Positions 39,933 to 46,871 of a DNA stretch of 46,871 nucleotides are shown one piece after another. The notes below the pieces were generated by a model. That model had not been told where the DNA came from and did no database searches. It saw only the letters and a program-made list of their open reading frames with translations. The position numbers and the translations under genes were made by a program. Source of the DNA: Pseudomonadota bacterium (GTDB lineage Bacteria > Pseudomonadota > Alphaproteobacteria > Paracaedibacterales > CAIOTO01); NCBI GenBank assembly GCA_040387495.1, contig JAZKDQ010000017.1:1-46871 (forward strand), in the 5' to 3' direction. Numbering within the stretch: the stretch's first letter is position 1; every line of letters begins with the position of its first letter.

Positions 39933-41248
39933 GCGTTTATATTCCTTTGTGATTTACCTTTTTTTGTTCTTCGTTCATTTATAATCGATTCAAACAATTG
40001 GTGCCAATTTTGTTCAGCATGCAAGCGCATAAGAACAGCCCCAACACCAACAGATGCACGATCCATAAAGACAAATTCAGGTGGCACACGAATGCCACCA
40101 AGCGCGTGTAATTTCTGGTGAACTGTTGTTGCCGTCTCCCAACCTTTTGTGCCGCTGAATTCAGCCTGAATAGGACGCACTTGATCATCAAGCAGTGGAT
40201 CATACAAAAGTCGAGCCCATTCATTCATCACATCGATGAGTTCATTTGAAAGATTAGAAAAGCCCCAACGTTCATACGCAGAAACCATATCATCACGTTT
40301 ATTGTGTTTTAGGGCTTCGTATAAATCAATGACACCATCAACAAAATTATCATCAAAACGGCGTACACACCCAAAGTCAAGAAGGAGCAAGTTCTTATCC
40401 ACATCAACTTTATAATTACCTGGATGAGGGTCGCCATGAATGCAACCATTTACATAAAAAGGACGGTACCATGTGCGAAACAATGTGCGGCCTAAGGCGT
40501 CGCGGTCGGTTTGTGATAATGTTTCCGCAGCATGTAATATTGATGTACCTTCCATCCATGACATAGTTAACAAACGGGTTGTTGATAAATCGGAATGAAC
40601 GTCGGGAATTCTGACACAATCTGAGTTATCAGCAAAAAAAGTCTGATAGTCGTTAATGTTACGTGCTTCGTTGACATAATCGAGTTCTTCCATAAGACGA
40701 GCGCGAATTTCCCCCATAACAGCATTAAGATCGAGTGCTTTATTGAATAAGCGATAAGTGCTAAATAACAAACTTAGTTGTGAGAGGTCCGCTTCAACAA
40801 TAGTGTGCATGCTTGGGTATTGTAGTTTTATGGCGAGTGGTAATCCGTCGTGGCTAGTGGCTTTATGAACTTGTCCAAGTGATGCGGCCGCCGCGGGTGT
40901 TCGATCAAAAAATGAAAATCGTGATTCCCAGTCCATACCTAGTTCAGCTTGCATACGACGCTTTACGAAGAGGGGGCCCATAGGTGAAGCGTTGCATTGG
41001 AGTTCTAATAGCTCTTTCGCATATTCGGGTGGAATCGCATCGGGTATCGTGGCAAGAAACTGTGCCACTTTCATAAAGGGACCTTTCATGTTACTGAGTG
41101 CCCCTTTTAGAGTTTTTGCATAAGCAGTATCATCAATGGTGTAGTTCGTAATACGTTCACCGATAATACGTCCAGCTAATCCACCAACGGTCCCGCTGAC
41201 CGAAGCAAGTCGCTTTATTTTTGTAACGAGTGGTGTTGTGTCATCCAT
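39929..41248 (-). CDS. ABC1/UbiB/AarF atypical kinase family protein
   Basis: KGPFMKVAQ, AAASLGQVHKA, AIKLQYP, EELDY, HGDPHPGN, LLDFG. Confidence 0.9.
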   Translation of the reverse strand: MDDTTPLVTKIKRLASVSGTVGGLAGRIIGERITNYTIDDTAYAKTLKGALSNMKGPFMKVAQFLATIPDAIPPEYAKELLELQCNASPMGPLFVKRRMQAELGMDWESRFSFFDRTPAAAASLGQVHKATSHDGLPLAIKLQYPSMHTIVEADLSQLSLLFSTYRLFNKALDLNAVMGEIRARLMEELDYVNEARNINDYQTFFADNSDCVRIPDVHSDLSTTRLLTMSWMEGTSILHAAETLSQTDRDALGRTLFRTWYRPFYVNGCIHGDPHPGNYKVDVDKNLLLLDFGCVRRFDDNFVDGVIDLYEALKHNKRDDMVSAYERWGFSNLSNELIDVMNEWARLLYDPLLDDQVRPIQAEFSGTKGWETATTVHQKLHALGGIRVPPEFVFMDRASVGVGAVLMRLHAEQNWHQLFESIINERRTKKGKSQRNINA

Positions 41249-41332
41249 ATTTATATTTTGATAGAATTTTCTTTTGAGACATTGTAGTTGATTCTAGCTT
41301 ACAAAGGAATGGCGTTGCATTAGAATTAATCT

Positions 41333-43087
41333 CTACTGAATTTTCATGGACGTATTAATTAATCCAGATGCAGGCGTTTCAGTTTGAATATATTTCATTG
41401 GGAAATCTTCTTCGCTCGGTTGGAACCCTAAAAGTGGAGCTATACGTTCAATAATATGGCCAGCTGTTGGGGATGCATTCCAGCCTCCTGTAGCATAATT
41501 ATATGTTTCTGCTATAGGTTTGGGGTTGTCTAACATAACGAAAACCATAATTTGTGGGTCAGACATTGGGAATGCACCAACAAAGTATGCATTACGGTCT
41601 ATTCCATTATAGCCACGTCCTTTGTTTTGAAGTGCGGTTCCCGTTTTCCCAATTACTTCATACCCTTTTACATCTACTTTTCTCACCTGTGCATTTTTAA
41701 CAACCATACGCAACATTTCACGAATGGCATGCGATGTCTTTAATGATATAACAGGAACAGACTCGCTTTTTAACTGAATGACTTCTTGACGTTGATCATT
41801 TGGTATGTGTATTAATGTTGGCTTTATAGATTGACCGTTGTTAATGATTGTGCCAATGACAGTCATCATTTGTAATGGTGTTACGGCTATACCATACCCA
41901 TAAGAAGCAGTCATTAACGTTGCTTCTTTCCACGCAGCAGCAGATGGTATAATCGGACGCCCCATTTCGGGAATTTCAAGTGAAGGTGATTGGGTGACTC
42001 CTAGTTTTTTGAAGTATTCTTTTTGTGTTTGAACGCCAAATTTCTGGGCTGCTTTAATAGCAACAATGTTCGATGAGTAAATAAGGCCTTCAGTTAATGT
42101 AAGTGGGCGGTTTTTACCTTTAAAGTCAGTGATCGTGAAGCGACCAAGTCTAACAGGCGCGCTCGCGTCAAATATACTTTTAAGTGTCGCGTGTCCGCTT
42201 TCAAGCGCTATAGCTGTATTGATAATTTTCCATGTTGAACCAGGTTCGTAAGCACCAAGTGTATTTCGATTGAACCCGCTTTTTTCTTTTACATTATTGA
42301 GACGATTTGGATCAAAGTCAGGAAGAGAAACCATGGCTAGCATTTCACCTGTTTTGACATCCATTACCATGGCATTTGCGCCTTCGGCCTTGTATTTTGC
42401 AACAGCATCGATCAATACATCATGTACGATATGTTGCAGACGTATATCAAGTGAAAGTTGTACTGACCCATTTGATTTCAATAGTTTTGTATTATAAAAT
42501 TGTTCGATTCCTGCTAAGCCAGCATTATCAATGCCACAATACCCAACGATATGTGATGTTAAGTGTCCATAGGGATAAACCCGTTTGTAATCTGTTTGTA
42601 AATAAATACCAGGTATACCAAGTTCATTTACTGCCTGTTGCATGCGTGGTGGAATATGGCGAATTAGCCAACTAAATCCTTTTCCAGATGATAAACGATG
42701 ATGCAAGGTTTCATACCCAACTTCGGGAAAGAGCTTTGCAAGTTTTGTCGCAGCATCTTTTGCATTTAATACAACTTTTGGATTTGTATAAACGGATGCC
42801 GTGACAAGATGTGTTGCAAGTATGTTCCCATTGCGATCAAGAATTTCACCACGTGGATATATGTTAACTTCTGATTGTGCTTGTTGCTCTGTGCTTGTAT
42901 TAGATCTCACGGTCATTACATCAATTAGACGTCCAGCAATTGTGACATAGGAAATAGCCATAACAACGCCGGCAGAAAAAACGCGTTGGCGGGCCATTTC
43001 AAGTAAAGATGCTTGGTGAACTGCTTCTTTCCAAAGACCCAGGTGACGATTAAGCGCTTGGAGCGGTTTTTGAATGAATTTCTTCAT
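41333..43087 (-). CDS. ftsI: Class B penicillin-binding protein, septal transpeptidase
   Basis: RGEILDRNG, RVYP, EPGSTWK (SxxK), SSN, GKTGTA; follows ftsL. Confidence 0.9.
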   Translation of the reverse strand: MKKFIQKPLQALNRHLGLWKEAVHQASLLEMARQRVFSAGVVMAISYVTIAGRLIDVMTVRSNTSTEQQAQSEVNIYPRGEILDRNGNILATHLVTASVYTNPKVVLNAKDAATKLAKLFPEVGYETLHHRLSSGKGFSWLIRHIPPRMQQAVNELGIPGIYLQTDYKRVYPYGHLTSHIVGYCGIDNAGLAGIEQFYNTKLLKSNGSVQLSLDIRLQHIVHDVLIDAVAKYKAEGANAMVMDVKTGEMLAMVSLPDFDPNRLNNVKEKSGFNRNTLGAYEPGSTWKIINTAIALESGHATLKSIFDASAPVRLGRFTITDFKGKNRPLTLTEGLIYSSNIVAIKAAQKFGVQTQKEYFKKLGVTQSPSLEIPEMGRPIIPSAAAWKEATLMTASYGYGIAVTPLQMMTVIGTIINNGQSIKPTLIHIPNDQRQEVIQLKSESVPVISLKTSHAIREMLRMVVKNAQVRKVDVKGYEVIGKTGTALQNKGRGYNGIDRNAYFVGAFPMSDPQIMVFVMLDNPKPIAETYNYATGGWNASPTAGHIIERIAPLLGFQPSEEDFPMKYIQTETPASGLINTSMKIQ

Positions 43088-43464
43088 GCGTGAACCTCTT
43101 CAGATGCTTCTAATGCAAAATCGGCGACATATGCGTCTAACGTGCTTTGGGCCTCTTTTTTTTGTGAAGACTCTGGTTTAATGTTTGTGTTTGAGCCAGC
43201 CATATCTTGAAATGTAATCAATTGTCCGCTTTTAACAGGATTTAATTCATTTAGATGATTTTTGCTCGATGCTTGTAAGCGTTTAGGGTCGTTTAAATAT
43301 GTCCATTCCGCTTTTAAATGATGAATAGCATCTTTGTTTTCATGAATTTCTTTTTTAAGGCGTGTGTTGTGTTGTTCAAGTGCAATCACTTCGTACTTAA
43401 TACGAAACAATACCATGCCAACGCAGATTGCCAGCGTTACAAACCAAAATGTTGGTCGTCTTAA
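43084..43464 (-). CDS. ftsL: Cell division protein FtsL
   Basis: TM plus coiled coil LFRIKYEV...LKAEWTYLNDPKRL, between rsmH and ftsI. ATG 43464 preferred; the track starts at 43479. Confidence 0.82.
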   Translation of the reverse strand, partial: LRRPTFWFVTLAICVGMVLFRIKYEVIALEQHNTRLKKEIHENKDAIHHLKAEWTYLNDPKRLQASSKNHLNELNPVKSGQLITFQDMAGSNTNIKPESSQKKEAQSTLDAYVADFALEASEEVHA

Positions 43465-44360
43465 CATAAGCCCTCCCAAAGAAGGTGGGCTGCACGAAGC
43501 TTAGCTGAACGACAACGTGGATTATCATTTATTTCATTATGTGATGGTGCAATAGGTTTGCGGGTTATTGATTCAAAAAATACTTTTTGGTTGAGTAGCC
43601 ATGGGGACTCATTCTTTAAAAACTGTTTGCATAAACGATCTTCAAGCGAATGAAAGGTCACGGTAACAAGCTTTCCATTGTTTTTGAGTAATTTAACTGA
43701 AGCGCGCAATGCAGCCTCTATCTCTATTAACTCATTATTAACGAAAATACGCAAGGCCTGAAATGAACGTGTGGCGGGATCTATGCCATCTTTTCGATAA
43801 ACAATTTTGCGTATGCAATTAGCAAGCTGAAGAGTGTGTGTAAAAGGACTCTCTTTTCGAATAAAAGTGATTGAACGCGCGATATGACGTGACTTTTTTT
43901 CGTCTCCATATTGAAAAAAAATATTAGCCAGGTCTTCTTCTGAAAAAGTATTTACGACATCGGCAGCAGACAGCCCGGCATCCGGATTCATACGCATATC
44001 TAATGGACCGTCATGGCGAAATGAAAAGCCACGCTCTGGTGTATCAAATTGATATGAAGACACACCAAAATCAAAAACAATTCCATCAAAGTAATTTTCT
44101 TGGAAAAGGGTCGGCATGTCTGAAAAACAGCCTTCATGAAAAAAGAATCGATCAGGGAATTCTTGTTTAAGTATCTGACTGCGTTCTTTTGCTTCAGGGT
44201 CACGATCAAGCGCGTGCACGACGCATAAACTCGATTCAAGTATAGCACGCGTATAGCCGCCCCCACCAAAGGTTCCGTCTAGATAAATCCCATCTTTTTG
44301 TGGGCTTAGTGTATCGTACATTTGCTGCAATAAAACAGGTACGTGGCCAGAAATTTGCAT
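43461..44360 (-). CDS. rsmH: 16S rRNA m4C1402 methyltransferase
   Basis: HVPVLL, DGTFGGGG, GVSSYQFD, RGFSFRHDGPLDMRM, FQALRIFVNNEL, FHSLEDR, RSAKLR. Confidence 0.96.
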   Translation of the reverse strand: MQISGHVPVLLQQMYDTLSPQKDGIYLDGTFGGGGYTRAILESSLCVVHALDRDPEAKERSQILKQEFPDRFFFHEGCFSDMPTLFQENYFDGIVFDFGVSSYQFDTPERGFSFRHDGPLDMRMNPDAGLSAADVVNTFSEEDLANIFFQYGDEKKSRHIARSITFIRKESPFTHTLQLANCIRKIVYRKDGIDPATRSFQALRIFVNNELIEIEAALRASVKLLKNNGKLVTVTFHSLEDRLCKQFLKNESPWLLNQKVFFESITRKPIAPSHNEINDNPRCRSAKLRAAHLLWEGLC

Positions 44361-44498
44361 AAAATTATAAAAATAAAATAAAAAAATTAAGTTAACTCCT
44401 TTTTTATAGCACGAATCTTAAGTAATCACAAGAGGAGAGTTGCGCATTTAAATAATTTAAGGGAACTTTTTTCTTAAAATAAGCAATATTTTTTCTCT

Positions 44499-44544
44499 AA
44501 AATGCCACTTATTTGACAATTATGGTTGAATAAGATGGCATTTT
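44499..44544. other. Long imperfect hairpin between the endopeptidase gene and rsmH
   Basis: AAAATGCCA-CTTATTTGAC...GTTGAATAAG-A-TGGCATTTT; ~19-bp stem with one bulge and G-T pairs on the + strand. Confidence 0.5.
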
Positions 44545-44581
44545 TCATCAACACACCACCAAGTATTTATTTTTTGTCTTA

Positions 44582-45283
44582 TTATTTAAAAGCGAAATCA
44601 ACATGGTAATGCGAGTCGTGAGGAAACCATGCTTGTTTGTCCATGAAAGGGATATCGGCAATTAATTTGTATGTTGGTTCATTTTTAAGTTGTCTTAGCA
44701 AAGGAGGATCTAGAATTATTCGCTTAATACGAAGCCCGTGTTTTGCGCTGGACTCTTTGAGTGAATTGAGGTGAAGAATGAGCGATTGAAAATCAATTTT
44801 ATAATGGTTATGCATTCCCATTTTATTAAAACGAACTTTGTATCCATAACCATTAAATGGCCACAAGTAAAATGTTGTTGGTATTTTTTTTTTTTGATTA
44901 ATAACAGGGACAATAAAGTCAACGCACAATCCATTGCGATGAGTTTTATGGGGCCAAAAATGTCCTCCATTTTTCCATCCCATTTCAGCATAAATCCACT
45001 TTATGTGCGGAGCAGTTATTTCTAGGTTTTTATAGGACTCTAAAAGAACTGTTTTTAGCTCACTATGTATATGGGTTCTACCTACCGTCGATAAGCAGCG
45101 TGAGTAGGTGGAAAAATTACTACCGTCTGATGGCATCCTCTTTGCATTTTGAATAACCTCAGTGCCATGCTTTTTGAGCACTACACTTGGGGTTTGATCT
45201 TCAAATTTGATTAACAAATCATTTCCAAAATAAAGAAAAGCAAACAAATTGCATGTTGTAAAAATAAGTACCTTATGAGTCAT
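44582..45283 (-). CDS. Penicillin-insensitive murein endopeptidase-like (MepA/LAS-type Zn peptidase)
   Basis: GGHFWPHKTHRNGLCVDF and HDSHYHVDF zinc motifs. Confidence 0.72.
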   Translation of the reverse strand: MTHKVLIFTTCNLFAFLYFGNDLLIKFEDQTPSVVLKKHGTEVIQNAKRMPSDGSNFSTYSRCLSTVGRTHIHSELKTVLLESYKNLEITAPHIKWIYAEMGWKNGGHFWPHKTHRNGLCVDFIVPVINQKKKIPTTFYLWPFNGYGYKVRFNKMGMHNHYKIDFQSLILHLNSLKESSAKHGLRIKRIILDPPLLRQLKNEPTYKLIADIPFMDKQAWFPHDSHYHVDFAFK

Positions 45284-45737
45284 TGATGCCTCGTGAATTT
45301 ACTTTTTGTAAAATTTGCATAAGTGTCTTTTGTTCATTTTGTGCAATTATCTCAAAAAAATCATGATCAATTTTTTTGACAAGTGGAATTATTTTGCATA
45401 TAAGCATTTTACCTTTATTTGTCAGAGATACGCATTTAGCACGTGTGTCTATGTTATGTTCGACACGGACTACTAAGCCATCGCATGCAAGTTTTTTAAG
45501 AGAACTTGATACAGTCATTTTATCAAGTTTAGAATATGTGGCAATCACGACTTGCGTTGTTTCGTGATTATGTTCCTTAAGCCATAAAAGCAATGCCATG
45601 ATTACAAATTGCGCATGGGATATGTCATGTGGTTCTAGTGCTTTTTTAATGAGCCGTTGCCATGTAATCATTGTTTGCCATAGTAAAAAGCCAGGGCTAT
45701 CTTCTGGTCTATCGAATTCAAATGGTAAATTAGTCAT
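45273..45737 (-). CDS. MarR-family transcriptional regulator
   Basis: DSPGFLLWQ, ISHAQFVIM, LDKMTVS, DTRAKCVSLTNKG. Confidence 0.88.
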   Translation of the reverse strand: MTNLPFEFDRPEDSPGFLLWQTMITWQRLIKKALEPHDISHAQFVIMALLLWLKEHNHETTQVVIATYSKLDKMTVSSSLKKLACDGLVVRVEHNIDTRAKCVSLTNKGKMLICKIIPLVKKIDHDFFEIIAQNEQKTLMQILQKVNSRGINDS

Positions 45738-46155
45738 TCATAGTTCTCGCAAGCTTTACAAGCGCGTCTACTTCACCCGGCACGGTATCAGCAACATTTT
45801 GAGCGACTAGTTTTATCCACAACCATTTAAAAGGGCCTGTTACGACAAGTGTGTTGGAAAGTAGTAATCCATCAGGCGTTTCTTCCATGGCATGTGTGTC
45901 ATACATTTTTGCACCAGGGAAAATTGTGCAATCAGTAAAACTATAACCGTCATTGATCTCAGTGATGATTATTTTAACTGGACGAACACCTTTTGGTTTT
46001 AGCATAAAGTGATTGCCAATTACAAAGTCACCTTCCATTTTGCACGACTCAAGGTCGCCATGCCAAGTTGGCCAATTATTAACGTCTGTCCAAAGTCGCC
46101 AGATATTTTCTTTTTTTAGGTTTGTATACAGTTTGCTATGAAATTGTTTCCACAT
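45730..46155 (-). CDS. SRPBCC / polyketide cyclase-like ligand-binding protein
   Basis: IWRLWTDVNNWPTW motif, ~140 aa, overlaps the MarR start. Confidence 0.78.
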   Translation of the reverse strand: MWKQFHSKLYTNLKKENIWRLWTDVNNWPTWHGDLESCKMEGDFVIGNHFMLKPKGVRPVKIIITEINDGYSFTDCTIFPGAKMYDTHAMEETPDGLLLSNTLVVTGPFKWLWIKLVAQNVADTVPGEVDALVKLARTMND

Positions 46156-46292
46156 GATATGTTTCCTTAGTAAGTGTATTTATTTTATAGAAATTTACTA
46201 ATTTGTAAAGTGTGAATCTGTATTTCTTATTTCAAGGACTAAAAATAAGGAGATAAGGTGAATTTATATAGACAGGTAGCACGGTAGACGTT

Positions 46293-46853
46293 ATGCAGCA
46301 GAAAATATTGCTATGGGATAATGACGGTACTGTAAGTGGATCAAAAGACCCTAATGATAAAAGAATTCAAGCAAAGGTAATTTTGCCTGGGGTAAAAGAA
46401 GTTATGCAAAAAGCTAAGTTTAATTTTATTATTTCAGGTTTTAAATCGCCACAAAGTGAATCCCAAAATTTTGATCCTGATAAATTAGCGAATAAATTCA
46501 TTGATTTGATGACTCAAATTCCCATTGCTGCAGCTGCCTTTTCTCCCACTATTGGTGGGGTAGCTTGTTATGTTGTTGTAAAAAAGGACGGTAAATTTTT
46601 TATAAAGAAAGCACATGAGGAGCCTCGGTATAAAGAATATATTGGGAAATTTAAAAAGCCTGGAATTGGTATGTTTGTTGTTGTAAGAGATGTTGCGGTA
46701 GAAGAATTTGATCAAATTATTGATTCAGAGAGTGCCATGATGATTGGCGATACATGGCATGATGAAATGGCTGCTAAGACTTTTGGCGTTCCTTTTATGG
46801 ATGCAAAAATAATTCATAACCTCAATTCGGGATTAAAATTGCACCATAACTGA
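46293..46853 (+). CDS. HAD-superfamily hydrolase (GmhB/class IIIA-like); C-terminus derived from the terminal repeat
   Basis: LLWDNDGTV, KKPGIGM, MIGDTWHD motifs. The last 11 codons and the stop lie within 46818-46853. Confidence 0.78.
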   Translation: MQQKILLWDNDGTVSGSKDPNDKRIQAKVILPGVKEVMQKAKFNFIISGFKSPQSESQNFDPDKLANKFIDLMTQIPIAAAAFSPTIGGVACYVVVKKDGKFFIKKAHEEPRYKEYIGKFKKPGIGMFVVVRDVAVEEFDQIIDSESAMMIGDTWHDEMAAKTFGVPFMDAKIIHNLNSGLKLHHN

Positions 46854-46871
46854 TTTTAGATTTTAATCAGA
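46818..46871 (+). mobile_element. Terminal copy of the 54-bp repeat, probable insertion-sequence end
   Basis: AACCTCAATTCGGGATTAAAATTGCACCATAACTGATTTTAGATTTTAATCAGA; exact inverted copy at 1-54. Confidence 0.6.

Noticed and set aside
44499..44544. attC site
   Set aside because: The hairpin has a bulge but lacks the R-box core sequences and is a single copy.
1..46871. Linear plasmid, phage or giant transposon with terminal inverted repeats
   Set aside because: Content is core chromosomal (recA, ftsA, accBC, glmU) with no terminal protein, replicase or transposase. The short repeat running off both ends fits contig breaks at a collapsed repeat.

Overview
A 46.9-kb chromosomal segment of an AT-rich alphaproteobacterium. 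The gene content and the many orphan signal-peptide proteins suggest a Holosporales-like host-associated lineage (inference). The housekeeping backbone comprises rsmI, a lytic transglycosylase, an L,D-transpeptidase, a lone ftsA, potF/potG, murJ, rlmN, two ABC-F ATPases, rodZ, accBC, recA, an MscS channel, fliO-like/fliP, tRNA-Arg(TCT), typA, acnA, glmU, an ABC1 kinase and rsmH-ftsL-ftsI. Structures not explained by the gene list: (1) an 83-bp direct duplication of the typA 3' end plus terminator brackets a lone gene for a secreted 52-aa ABAB repeat protein, with no integrase in view; (2) an exact 54-bp inverted repeat forms both window ends, probably the end of an IS at contig breaks; (3) a secreted-protein gene is split at an A8 homopolymer; (4) a Rid-family gene carries one in-frame TAA; (5) two dispersed hairpin elements differ by compensatory stem changes; (6) two good sigma54 promoter matches, one ahead of a Pro-rich protein with a polybasic tail; (7) a 35-aa helical-repeat protein; (8) a stand-alone CADD-type pABA synthase. 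No CRISPR array, prophage or complete transposase is visible. All homology calls come from motif recognition, not database searches.
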